The translations under genes and the position numbers were made by a program. Below, one piece after another: positions 9,071 through 19,473 of a stretch of DNA of 64,000 bases. The DNA is from Trypanosoma brucei (Eukaryota). The DNA lies in assembly GCA_000002445.1 (NCBI GenBank), contig CP000071.1:704001-768000 (forward strand). The letters run 5' to 3'. The notes under the pieces were generated by a model. The model did no database searches and was not told the origin of the DNA. It was given only the letters and a program-made list of their open reading frames with translations. How positions within the stretch are numbered: position 1 is the first letter of the stretch; every line of letters begins with the position of its first letter.

Positions 9071-12000
9071 ATGCACTCGGAATTGAAAGCCTATGCTGTT
9101 CTTGTTGCTTTTACCCTCCTTGGAGAGCTTGGTCCCTTTCGAGGCGCGTACAGCTCCGTCGAGGACGAAGTAGCGGCATCGCATTCCCTCCAAGAGGTTC
9201 TTGATTTCCCAACTGTATCATATTATGACTCACTCGTAGGAGAGCCTTTAACGGGAGGGCACCACCGTGGTATCGTTGATATGTTTTCCGGTAGCTCCAC
9301 TGAGTGCTTCAACGGAGGTGTGCCCCCGACGAATGGGGATTCGAACTGCACCTGTCCCGCGCGAAGCAAATTTTCAGGTCTTAAGTGTGAGATGTGCCAG
9401 ACAGATGGTTCGTGTGATTCCATCGCAGGTCCGCAAAGTGTGTGCGAGAGGAGGCTAGCAATTTGGGGATCAAACAAGCAGTTCGAGTGCTCATTTAACA
9501 CGCCATTCTTCATTAAGCAAATGGGTGGCGGCCGCGATGTCGAGGCCCTCGTGACTCTCAATTGCTCAACACCCGATGGCACCGCCTTTCATGAGAGTAA
9601 CTCCGGTACCTGCGAGATGACATTGTTCCGGGTGGAACCAAAGCACGAATATGTAGATCCATTTTTTAGTTGTTCGGTGGAACAGTGCACGATGCACCTC
9701 GAGGAAATCAAAACGAACAAGGCAAATAAAACACCAACCAACTCAAACATCATCTCGAAGGCGGGCCTCATTGCATGGCGGGTGCTCATTGTCGCATTGT
9801 GCCTGCTACTGGCGATGCTGCAGTGCGTTTCACCCAAGGTGGGTCGCGGACGAACGGCGAAGCTTTTGTATGTGCTAGCTTGCCTGTTGGTAGCGGTGAC
9901 ATTACTTTTTATACTCGTGATGGTTCTCAACATGCATCAGGGGACACCGGAACTCAATGCCGTGTACGAGTGTAATAAAACACATTGCGACTGCTCGGAG
10001 GATCCACCGAAGGAGTATGGACCATTTTGCTCAGGAACGGTTATGAAAAAATTTATACTTCCGCAGATCAAAAACTCTATCAAGATAGTTTGTAACTTGC
10101 AGGATAAGACGTGCAGGCTGACGCTAAAGGACGTTAAAATCATTATTGACTTAAACTGCACAGCCAGTGAGTGCACAAATAAAAGGAAGTTTCCCAACGG
10201 ACCGTCGCTGCCGGTACCGGCAGATGATAAGGCACAACGGGCACTACTCACTTTCATTGCCCTCGGTTTTTTGGTGTTGTTGGTGCTGTTTGGTTTGCAT
10301 GTTTTGTGGGTCCTTAGGAGGACGCAGAAAAGAAAGGCCGAATTCGTTGATAGGTTTGGACTCCCAGAGTTGTGGACTCAAGAAGGAGAAGAAGGTGTGC
10401 CAGAAACGCGTTGCAACGGCCAGGGGTGGGGGGTTGCAACGCAACGGCAGCGGCGGCACGAGGGAGGTGCAGGGGGCTTGACTACAGCACGAAGCGCAAT
10501 GTCCATCGGCGAAGCCGGTGGATCAGCGCAGAGAAGTTGTAGTGGTGATATGCCCAGCTTAAGTGAATCCGAGAGGCACTTCACCAGCAACACTAACCGA
10601 CATGACAAGAAGGATTTCATCCGTGGGGTGACAAAGTCTCCCCTCAAACTACAACTGACTGATTTGGACTACAAGCTTGAGTCCTCTTGCTTTTCCAGCA
10701 ACAATAACGATGCATCACAACATATACTGCAGCAAGTAAACTTCTCTGTGAGGTCAGGAGATGTGCTTGCAATCATTGGCCCCTCAGGAGCTGGGAAAAC
10801 GAGCTTGCTAGACCTTCTGTCGGCACGGAGGAAGCAAGGACGTGTCTTTGGAGAGATGACAATAAACAACACCCCGCTAGTCGGTGCCTCCAATGAGGTT
10901 ACGGAACAGTATCGTAACATCATTGGTTACGTCTCCCAGGAAGATACGCTGATTCCAGCCCTGACAGTATACGAAACCATCAAGTACGCCGCCCGGTTGA
11001 AGCTACCTCAGGCGTTCTCCAGCGAAAGTATCAACGGGATTGTAGACCGTATGATTGAAGCGTTGAGATTGACTCGTTGTAAGGACACAGTCATTGGTGA
11101 TGGAACCAAGCTGCGTGGTGTTAGCGGAGGAGAGAAGCGGCGAGTCTCAATTGCCGTAGAGCTATTAGCCAACCCGCGTATCCTCTTCCTTGACGAACCA
11201 ACAAGCGGTCTTGATGCTGTCAGCGCCAAACATGTCATCGATGCTGTCGTTCAGCTTGCAAAGGAGTCACCTATGCGGGCATACGCACCGCATTACTTCG
11301 CGTTCAGGCCCATTGTCATTTTCAGTATACATCAACCTTCACAGGAAATTTACGAGCTCTGTGATAAAATTTTGCTTCTTTCACGCGGTATGAGTATCTA
11401 TTGTGGTCCCGCCAGCTGTGCTGCGGAGACACTTGAGGCACGCGTCCAACGGGTGATGGGAGGCGTCCAGACAATCCCACGCCTTGCCGACAACCCGAAC
11501 CACGCAGAGTATCTGATGAAGCTCGAGGAAATTGTCGACGATGTGGCACGCGTGGAACTTCAGAGGGAGAACACGGCACAGATGCTTTCAAGAGACGAGA
11601 CATCATCAGGAATGCGTCACGAAGAGCAAGCCATAATCAGAGGGGACATCATCCTCAAGACAACTTTTGGCTTCCGCAGGTATTATGCGAATGTGTACCA
11701 GCAAGTTGGGCTGCTAACGTCGCGTGCAGCTCGTTCTCTGCTTACCTCTTCTCATCTGATTGTCTGCCACGCTGCAGTTACGGCATCGGTCAGCACCCTC
11801 ATGATGATCTTATATCACGAGGAGGGGCTGGATCTCCCAGGAGCCCTTAACCGTGCGGGGTCCGTCACGTTTCTTCTGTTGGTTGTTTCATTTGCATCAC
11901 TAAGCTGCCTTGAGCATCTGGTCACAGAGCGGAAGCTGTTCGCAGTGGAGCGCGAAAACGGGTATTACACCACTCTGCCGTATCTCCTGTCGAAGATAAT

Positions 12001-12547
12001 TGTCGACATCATACCGCTCCGAGTTCTACCGACGTTGGTGATGGCAGCGCTCATCTATGTGCCCATGGGGCTTCGGGGGGACAGTGGCATACACTTATTC
12101 TGGTTCATCATCATTGTGGCACTGTTTTCAGTCTGCATTACACTGATTGTAATGTGTGTGGGAGTTGTTACTGGTTCATTTGGTTCCGCTGCCCTTTTGA
12201 GCAGCGTCGTCATCCTATGGAACTTCGTTTTTGGGGGTTTGCTCGTGCAATCAACAACAGTCCCCGCGGCACTTCGACCGTTCCAGGCAGCCTCGCCTTT
12301 CTTTCTTGCCTTTGAATCTCTATTGGTGAATGAACTTGATGGGCAGGATTGTACCTTCGCTCCGACAGACGCAACGGGAAAGCCATCGTCGACAAATGTA
12401 CCAATTTTATGTGTGCAGTACTTGACCAACATGGGCCTCACACCCGCACGCTTTACCAGGGATGTTGGGCAGCTTGCGGTAATGGTGCTCGTGCTACTGT
12501 GCTTGGCGTGGCTACTTCTGTTCCAATTCACTACTGTCGCACGTTGA
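9071..12547 (+). CDS. ABCG-family half transporter (NBD-TMD) with a long N-terminal signal peptide, Cys-rich ectodomain and three extra TM segments, 1158 aa
   Basis: Walker A 'GPSGAGKTSLLD', Q-loop 'GYVSQED', ABC signature 'VSGGEKRRVSIA', Walker B 'ILFLDEPTSGLD' and H-loop 'FSIHQPS', followed by a hydrophobic block of about 6 helices, which is the ABCG (reverse) topology. Residues 1 to about 450 carry a signal-peptide-like N-terminus, Cys-rich segments with NxT/S sites and three hydrophobic segments. Confidence 0.85.
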   Translation: MHSELKAYAVLVAFTLLGELGPFRGAYSSVEDEVAASHSLQEVLDFPTVSYYDSLVGEPLTGGHHRGIVDMFSGSSTECFNGGVPPTNGDSNCTCPARSKFSGLKCEMCQTDGSCDSIAGPQSVCERRLAIWGSNKQFECSFNTPFFIKQMGGGRDVEALVTLNCSTPDGTAFHESNSGTCEMTLFRVEPKHEYVDPFFSCSVEQCTMHLEEIKTNKANKTPTNSNIISKAGLIAWRVLIVALCLLLAMLQCVSPKVGRGRTAKLLYVLACLLVAVTLLFILVMVLNMHQGTPELNAVYECNKTHCDCSEDPPKEYGPFCSGTVMKKFILPQIKNSIKIVCNLQDKTCRLTLKDVKIIIDLNCTASECTNKRKFPNGPSLPVPADDKAQRALLTFIALGFLVLLVLFGLHVLWVLRRTQKRKAEFVDRFGLPELWTQEGEEGVPETRCNGQGWGVATQRQRRHEGGAGGLTTARSAMSIGEAGGSAQRSCSGDMPSLSESERHFTSNTNRHDKKDFIRGVTKSPLKLQLTDLDYKLESSCFSSNNNDASQHILQQVNFSVRSGDVLAIIGPSGAGKTSLLDLLSARRKQGRVFGEMTINNTPLVGASNEVTEQYRNIIGYVSQEDTLIPALTVYETIKYAARLKLPQAFSSESINGIVDRMIEALRLTRCKDTVIGDGTKLRGVSGGEKRRVSIAVELLANPRILFLDEPTSGLDAVSAKHVIDAVVQLAKESPMRAYAPHYFAFRPIVIFSIHQPSQEIYELCDKILLLSRGMSIYCGPASCAAETLEARVQRVMGGVQTIPRLADNPNHAEYLMKLEEIVDDVARVELQRENTAQMLSRDETSSGMRHEEQAIIRGDIILKTTFGFRRYYANVYQQVGLLTSRAARSLLTSSHLIVCHAAVTASVSTLMMILYHEEGLDLPGALNRAGSVTFLLLVVSFASLSCLEHLVTERKLFAVERENGYYTTLPYLLSKIIVDIIPLRVLPTLVMAALIYVPMGLRGDSGIHLFWFIIIVALFSVCITLIVMCVGVVTGSFGSAALLSSVVILWNFVFGGLLVQSTTVPAALRPFQAASPFFLAFESLLVNELDGQDCTFAPTDATGKPSSTNVPILCVQYLTNMGLTPARFTRDVGQLAVMVLVLLCLAWLLLFQFTTVAR

Positions 12548-13377
12548 AGGTAGTTAGTTGAGGGAGGGAGAGGAAGAAGAGCAGACTGCAGAGCAGTTGA
12601 TAGTTAATTCATCAAACCACAAGGAGGACCAGAGGGATGTATGAAGTCTGTGGGGTGTATAATCTAGTGTAGCAGTGCGTGTCGAGCGTGGAAACACATC
12701 CACTTATTCCTTCTTTTCCCACAAGGATATATATCCACTCATAGTTTCTTTTTTCCCTTACGCGGTGTCAGGCATGTAAGTAGATCTCTGTTGAGCATCG
12801 TGTGATGCGAAAAGTTGTGTTTGAAAAGAGGAATGAGAAGGACGGAAAAGGGGTGAATCGTTCAGACAGTAGTAGGGGGTGTAGGGGAACTGGAACGGAG
12901 CTGAGAGGTTTAAAAATTCTTTCTACTCCGTTGTTGCTTTCTCGTCGGTACCACTGCCGTTAAAGCTTGCGACGCAAAGCTTGTGGTTATCTGTACGCGT
13001 GCGTGGGCATTAATACGACTGTTGGTGCTACCATTGTTCATAGGGCCCGCGGCCACTTTGAACTTGATCATTGTTTGCTTTATCCAGTTACACTTAGTTC
13101 GGGAATACGACAAAAAAAAAGAAGTGGGAAAAAGCTGCGTGTGCGTTTGTGCTTGCGTGCGTCGTCTATTCCGCGAGCACCGCCTCTACAAGGGAGAGGA
13201 TTGCTGGAGTTTACACGCATCGCTTGACTTCAATTTGCTTATTCACATCTTTACTTTTGGTGTCTCACTGTCTTCCTTGTTCTGCGCAGACTATTCATCC
13301 TTCTCCCTTGTGTGTGGATCAAACACTGGATACGACTGGCACGTATGTTTTCAATTTTGCGTTTTTTGCTTGCTCGC

Positions 13378-13436
13378 TGTTCTTTTTTTTTTTCTTCCCC
13401 CTTACCTCTATTACCTCGCTCCTTCATCGGTTACTG
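13378..13436 (+). promoter_or_regulatory. polypyrimidine tract, candidate trans-splice acceptor signal for the downstream 1465-aa gene
   Basis: 'ctcgctgttcttttttttttcttcccccttacctctattacctcgctccttc', about 100 nt upstream of ATG 13543. The ORF-track N-terminal extension (GTG 13312) is just this low-complexity tract translated. Confidence 0.4.
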
Positions 13437-13542
13437 TTATCATTGTCATCGTCATCATCCACAAAGGAGGAAGCAGTTTCAATACGTACCACTTTTGACG
13501 AACCCGCATCCGGGGTTGACCGTTGTAGAAAAGAAAGGGGAA

Positions 13543-16500
13543 ATGGCAACGCTTCGGTTCAACCTCCCAGCGCTCAATGAGTACCAGTGGCGTAATTTGT
13601 ACCTCAAGAAGTACGGCTCGTGTACGTACGGGCCGCCGATGCCGAAACACGAGTACCGAATCGACCCATGTACTGTAGAATGGCGGCGTAAGAGGGAGCA
13701 GGAGGTGTGGAAAAGTACCACAGGTCAGGGAGACGAGAATAGTCGCAAGCTGGGCGGTGGCGACATCACCAGCAGGATGTTACAGACGTCGGATTATATG
13801 GATGCGAGCGACGACGGCCGTATGGCTGAGTTTTCAGGAACACACAACGGAGATTCAGATGGGGAGTCACTCTACAAGGAAGCGAGCACATATGACAACC
13901 AACTTTTCACGACGGATATGTTCGCGTTCCTCAGCTCCGGTGATAGTGATTCACAATCATCAACCATGTCAGAAATGTTCACATTCTTACCACAGAACGG
14001 GTCGCGGAGCTTCCCCACTCGGCTGCCTACAGTCTCAGAATTTACTGCAGCTGACTCACTAATTCCAGCTAGAGAAAGTCGGAACACAAAACCGGAAGAT
14101 TCAATTTTGAAGTCCAATGATCTCGTTCGACTGCAGCGCGAGACGTGGCAGCTGTTGATGGATGACCGCATAATGATGTGGTTTGAGCGTGAGGTCAAGG
14201 AGCACGGACGCATTGCCGCAAATGTGCAAAAGAAGCTACTTGAAATCGTCACAAAAAAACCTGACGCTCACAGCGATGTGACCACAAGATCGAGCGCCAG
14301 TGAAAAAAAGAAGGCACAGGAGCCTCCTGCAGAACTTCCGTTCAGTTACGTGCATGAAACAAAACCGGAATCCAGTGAAGATGAAAAACTGATGCAAACA
14401 CTAGAGAAGTTTTCACCCTTCTTTGCTGTTATTTCGCCCCCTGAAGTACTACAAAGGGTGGCATCACAAGTCTCGACATCAAAGGGGGGAGAGGTACTTA
14501 GTGGCACCTCCAACACTATTGGGCTTCCAATATTTAGTCAGTACCACACTTGGCGAGAGACCTTTGAATTTAGACAAACGTGGCGTTTGGCGCCATTCAG
14601 CTTTTTTCTCATCCACGACAGCAGTTACAACCATGCGCAGATATGTGCACTGTACATACTGTTAGATGTAATCTGCCGAACATCCCATACTCACACGGCG
14701 GAATGCGCGATGAATGAGCAAAGCCGCCAACTTATGGCTGAGAGACGGGTACGGCGACGACGGAGTGCCAAGACAGACGACGTGGTGCGAGCACAGTCGT
14801 GTCCGTTGGTGCTTATACAGCAGTTGACGGAGGACATTCTCCTCGCGTACGAGCAGAGCTCCGCCCGCACAGCATTGTCTGCGGCACTCCAAGTCTTGCG
14901 TTTTTTAACAAATATAGTTCTTGATGCCTGCACCGCATCTCGTTTCGTAAGTCCCGAAGCACTTCGACGGCAATGTGGATTCGATGGCGACCCTAATCCC
15001 GCCGGCACCACTACGGCGGAAAGTGTTGCAAGTGTCAGTGTGAGCATCGTGCGCGATGATGAGACCTCCTCCCTGCGCCGACGACGACCGCAGCCTTCCC
15101 CCCTGAACGAAGTAGCAAGGGGGTTAGGGATCGCTGAATGCAGTGTCGATGGTGATGACGGGGTCAGGGACCGCCAAGCGCCCACGGAGGACGAAGAAAA
15201 TATGTATCGAATGGACATCAATAGCTGCATTGCCTCAATACCTTTACAGCACCTAAATGAGTCTAGTTTCGAGCAACTCTTCGAACTGGTTTATTGGTTT
15301 GTGGATGCTCCAACTGCCAACAGTACAGTTACGGAGAAGGTGACTCAGGGACGAATCACATGGGACGCGAAAGCTCCAAGCTCACCGACTGCCACTGCGG
15401 GGGGGCCCACATCTGGAGAGCGCGGCCGAGGTGCCCCAACATCCCCTGCAGCTGACACGGGTAGCCCCACGAGGCGTGACGGAGCTGGCGCCCAACAACG
15501 GGCACAGGACTTCGAGGCCACTGCGTCTGTTGTGGAGGCCATTGTACGTTTCGAGACAAACATGACCTTTAACTTGAATGCGCCAGTGGATGATCCCTAC
15601 TTTTCTCCTCTTGCGGCACAGAGTACGAGAAAAAATTCAAAGAAAAAAGAAGGTGAACGTCGAGCCGCGATTCAAGCAACGCCCGCGGCTGCCCCGAACA
15701 ATGAGGCAGGGGTGGCAATATTTAGAGTGTCACTAACCTTTGTAACGACGTATATACGGCTTCACGGCGCAACCTGGTTAAAGGAACTGCTGAATCGACT
15801 TTTCAACATCCTTCGTCGGGAGAGTGTCCTACTGTACCTGAACGACTCCGACTTCAACATCAATCAAGGGCTTTCCGCCCGAAAGAAAAACTCGTCTTTT
15901 CTGAGCTGGGGTGCCAAGCGCTTCGCCGCATACTCTTCGTCTGTGCAAGATAGCGGCCTCTCAACATCTTCAGGGGACTGGGATTCGACGCTGCAGGGAA
16001 AATTGGAGAAGCTTGAGCAACTAATATGCCAGGACATAGGATATGTTATGGGGGAGTTCTTTAGTTCGTTGCATGGAAAGCGTGCCATAACGCGCCTTCC
16101 GCAGGCAATATCTGTCATGTTAACGGACTATTGCTCGACTATTCATTTACATCTTCTTAATCAACGGACACCCATGGAGTATTCGCATGAACCACCCGCG
16201 GTGCGTGTGAAGAAGTATTTGGCAGAAATGCGTCAAAGGCGCGTAACTGGCGGGTTAGCACTTGGACCCCAGGGAAAGGGGCAAGGAGTCGCGGAGGACA
16301 CGCTTATCCACAATGTGGGATGCCATAGATTGGCGAAATTTATCCTTTTTGACTGTTGGATTTTGCCAGCACTTAACAACGCCGTCGCCTTTGGTTATCT
16401 CCCCGAAGATGCACCTCATCACCTTCGGTCAAACGTTAACGCCTTCACGCGTTACCTAAAGATAATTGTAAATGCCCCGTTCGCCAGTAGGTGTCGTCCA

Positions 16501-17940
16501 GGACCTGCTGCAAGGGATGTCTCGCAATTTCCAAGTTGTGGGACGAGGAAGCCTGTGGCAGAAAAGAAACTCCAAGCCTTCGATGACGTTGCACACGCGT
16601 GGCGGTGCAACACTCTGAGGCTCCCGTCCAGGATTACCGGGATTTACAATGCTTGTACAGGTTCCCTCAACCGGTTAACAAGAGACACCACGGCGGAGGA
16701 TGAAAAGCCTAACAAACGCCGAGCGGCGGCTTCTACGTCCTTTAGTAAAATGACGCTGACCAAAGTGATCACTGGGGACATGAGCAGCTCCATCGACCGG
16801 GTACGAGAGACATGGAGCGAGAAATTCACTGCGCTAGATACCCTCAATGCGTTCCTTGACCTGAATAGTAATAGTTTAGACTGGGGAGAGGTGCACGATG
16901 ACGATGTAGATATGTCGCCGTCACAGATTTTGAACATCTTTTGCGACCGCGCCTCATATGATATCTCAACGAAGATCGTTGTTTCCGAGTTCACAGTGTC
17001 TCCTTCAACGTCAGCGGCATGTATCAGTAACATTTATTCGCTTATGTCTGGGCAGCATTACTTAGTGCGGAACGCGTGTCTCTCCGGTACACTTGTTGGG
17101 CGATTCAAGTCATCACCCTACCTGGCGTGTCTCATCGGAGTGCTAACACACCCGTACATGGCCGTACAAGTGGCAGAAAACGTTCTCCGCAACAGCCGCG
17201 CACTCTACAACGCTCTCATGACGCCCCTAAACGACGAAACACTGCTTTCCATGATGTCCTCCCTAGTGTCGGGTAAGAACAATACGGTTTTAATGGACAC
17301 GAATCAGCTCGTAACGGCGGTGGCGGCTCTTCCCTTTAAGGCGCGACCGGGTTCGGCCGACAGGTCTAATTCTACCAGTGAGACACCGGATATGGCACGG
17401 GCCAAGTTATGGCAGAACACAGCACAAATTCTGTTGGAAAGGCGGTCGCTTGCCACCACAGGCGCCAGGCATCCATCGCATGTGCTCCGCCGGCTCATTG
17501 CGAAGGTGAGGGCCCCCGCTGATCCAACAGACGTGTTGAAAAATACCTCTCTCGCGATGGAAAATGAGGTGGGACACGCTCCCCTCTGCTTTGACGCATG
17601 GTGGCGGGCTATGGTTGTGGCACTCACGGTAAAGGCAATGAATGTGATTGAGGAAAGCAGTGGGGCAAGGGCCATGCAGTGGGAACAATGGTGCGAAGTG
17701 AAGGTAAATGACATGCAGAAGGAGTTCCGTGGACTCTGTGCCTATTTGTCAAAGCACAAGTCAGCGAAGACATGTATTCCCGAGGATAAGATAATGTCGT
17801 ACTGTCGAGACGGGACCACCACACGGCCAAAACCTGCAAAGCAGGAAATCAGCCAACCACAGCGGGTGAAAAGTGCCCAAGAGAAACGAAGCGTGTCACG
17901 GAGTAAGCATAGAGCCAAAAAAAAGAAGGCGACGAAGTGA
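13543..17940 (+). CDS. large hypothetical protein, about 1465 aa, with a basic C-terminal tail
   Basis: Long uninterrupted ORF. The track start is GTG at 13312; the first plausible ATG after the polyY tract is 13543 ('MATLRFNLPALNEYQ'). No motif recognised. The C-terminus 'SVSRSKHRAKKKKATK' is basic. Confidence 0.55.
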   Translation: MATLRFNLPALNEYQWRNLYLKKYGSCTYGPPMPKHEYRIDPCTVEWRRKREQEVWKSTTGQGDENSRKLGGGDITSRMLQTSDYMDASDDGRMAEFSGTHNGDSDGESLYKEASTYDNQLFTTDMFAFLSSGDSDSQSSTMSEMFTFLPQNGSRSFPTRLPTVSEFTAADSLIPARESRNTKPEDSILKSNDLVRLQRETWQLLMDDRIMMWFEREVKEHGRIAANVQKKLLEIVTKKPDAHSDVTTRSSASEKKKAQEPPAELPFSYVHETKPESSEDEKLMQTLEKFSPFFAVISPPEVLQRVASQVSTSKGGEVLSGTSNTIGLPIFSQYHTWRETFEFRQTWRLAPFSFFLIHDSSYNHAQICALYILLDVICRTSHTHTAECAMNEQSRQLMAERRVRRRRSAKTDDVVRAQSCPLVLIQQLTEDILLAYEQSSARTALSAALQVLRFLTNIVLDACTASRFVSPEALRRQCGFDGDPNPAGTTTAESVASVSVSIVRDDETSSLRRRRPQPSPLNEVARGLGIAECSVDGDDGVRDRQAPTEDEENMYRMDINSCIASIPLQHLNESSFEQLFELVYWFVDAPTANSTVTEKVTQGRITWDAKAPSSPTATAGGPTSGERGRGAPTSPAADTGSPTRRDGAGAQQRAQDFEATASVVEAIVRFETNMTFNLNAPVDDPYFSPLAAQSTRKNSKKKEGERRAAIQATPAAAPNNEAGVAIFRVSLTFVTTYIRLHGATWLKELLNRLFNILRRESVLLYLNDSDFNINQGLSARKKNSSFLSWGAKRFAAYSSSVQDSGLSTSSGDWDSTLQGKLEKLEQLICQDIGYVMGEFFSSLHGKRAITRLPQAISVMLTDYCSTIHLHLLNQRTPMEYSHEPPAVRVKKYLAEMRQRRVTGGLALGPQGKGQGVAEDTLIHNVGCHRLAKFILFDCWILPALNNAVAFGYLPEDAPHHLRSNVNAFTRYLKIIVNAPFASRCRPGPAARDVSQFPSCGTRKPVAEKKLQAFDDVAHAWRCNTLRLPSRITGIYNACTGSLNRLTRDTTAEDEKPNKRRAAASTSFSKMTLTKVITGDMSSSIDRVRETWSEKFTALDTLNAFLDLNSNSLDWGEVHDDDVDMSPSQILNIFCDRASYDISTKIVVSEFTVSPSTSAACISNIYSLMSGQHYLVRNACLSGTLVGRFKSSPYLACLIGVLTHPYMAVQVAENVLRNSRALYNALMTPLNDETLLSMMSSLVSGKNNTVLMDTNQLVTAVAALPFKARPGSADRSNSTSETPDMARAKLWQNTAQILLERRSLATTGARHPSHVLRRLIAKVRAPADPTDVLKNTSLAMENEVGHAPLCFDAWWRAMVVALTVKAMNVIEESSGARAMQWEQWCEVKVNDMQKEFRGLCAYLSKHKSAKTCIPEDKIMSYCRDGTTTRPKPAKQEISQPQRVKSAQEKRSVSRSKHRAKKKKATK

Positions 17941-19473
17941 TAACCAGCAAAAGAAGAATACACCCAAGTGTGTCGTAAAGAGGGAAGAATAGAAGTAGCT
18001 GATGAGGATCAGTGGCGGAGGAGAGTTGTAGGCTGTAATGATTTATATTGAGACGGGCATACAGATGGGGAACAGCGCCCCAACCACGTATATCAGCCAC
18101 CCCAACACTAGGGCCTTTACTTCGTTTTCGTTGGTGGTTCCATTTTGAATTCTCTTTTGGTCGCAGGTACTTGAAAAAGACGTGATGGCCTTTGCTCAGT
18201 GATGAAATATATATATATGCAGTGGAAGGGACCTGACGATGGCATGTTTACACCTTAGCGAAATCTTTCTTGAAGGATCCTAGTTTGTACATTTACCTTC
18301 TTCAAGCGCCTTTTTTTTTTTTAACAGCGTGGATGTACATTCAACCGGATGGACTGGCGCACCAGTACGGTGCTTCACAATGGGTTCAGTACCTGTTTGG
18401 AGATAAGGCTTATTCGATGAAGGAACCACGCTTTATTCCCCCCTCGTTTTTTTGCCTGTATTTGTGTTGTGCCGCGTTTTCAAGGCCCTTCTTTCCTCCT
18501 TCCTTTTGCAGTTTTTTTCTCCGATTAGTGGAGCGATAGTGCCACGAGCTCATGAAGTACCGACAATGTTCTCTGACCACTAAAAGCGGAGGAAAAGACT
18601 TAGGGATGCGGACGGATGCGATGGTGCAGCGGTTACGTGAATCAGAAGTGTTGCACTACACAACGTGCCTTAACGCATTGGAAAGCGTTCGGACGCTTCA
18701 GCTTTGCAATGAGGCATTAACTACGTGGCATTGCCTACAGCGTGTGAACGCGAGCACCGTCTCTCCTCCTTCCCTTCATAATGTGGGCCTATAACTGGTG
18801 GAAATATGTGAAGGCGACCTGTTCTCACTTCGGCACGCGAGTGCATCAGAAGCTAGTGGTGCTGCGCAAATATATATATATTTATATACATATACTCCTT
18901 TTGTTGTTGCTCATACAAAGAGAAACCTCAGTGCGGAAAACACTCCACGTGCGTCTACGGTCGCTACCTAACGGTTTCATTGTTATTCTTTTTTTTTTTG
19001 TTATTGGGAAATCTGATGCGAGATTGTTTTGATAAACTACTTTGCGTGTGTAACAGATGCGCGCACGCTCGGCATGACGGGAGTGGAATGCACGTATATG
19101 TGCATAGCTGTTCCTACAGACTTCTATTTTTAATAGCTGGTGGCATTTAAGGTATGGAAAGTATTTGATTAACCATGGGTAAAATTTTTTACTAAAGTGA
19201 CGCAACTTATATCCACTTTGTCAGTTTGCACGTACTTCGCCCTCCTTACATTGTTTGCCTGAGTGGGCCTTACGGCAGGTGGAAGAGGGTGCGTAGCCAC
19301 CAATCCGTCTTCACTTAAGCTCTGGCTACGGTTGTTTGGTGACTTTTAAACACGAACACACACATACATGGTTGCAAGGGCAAGAGAAGAACAGCACCGT
19401 CGAAGGAGATCTAGTACAGGGGTAAACACAAACATCACACACATACACATACAAACAAATTGTACACTATAAT

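Noticed and set aside
9328-9345. tRNA T-arm-like string 'gggattcgaactgcacc'
   Set aside because: It sits inside the ABC transporter CDS. No acceptor-stem complement or anticodon arm can be built around it, so it is coincidental.
13312-13542. N-terminal extensions in the ORF track (GTG/TTG starts) at 2822, 13312, 23524, 27911, 32606, 33557, 35748, 39356, 51560, 52385 and 54370
   Set aside because: The extensions translate polypyrimidine/low-complexity spacer ('FFFSSPLPLLPRSF', 'LLPFFYFYLVPS', 'KRKRKKKL'), and eukaryotic initiation needs ATG. Starts were moved to the first in-frame ATG after the polyY tract.
18199-18236. C-box-like 'GTGATGA' followed about 30 nt later by 'CTGA', a possible C/D snoRNA
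   Set aside because: The spacing is too short for a C/D snoRNA (about 70-100 nt expected), there are no C'/D' boxes or obvious rRNA-complementary guide, and trypanosome snoRNAs occur in dedicated clusters.
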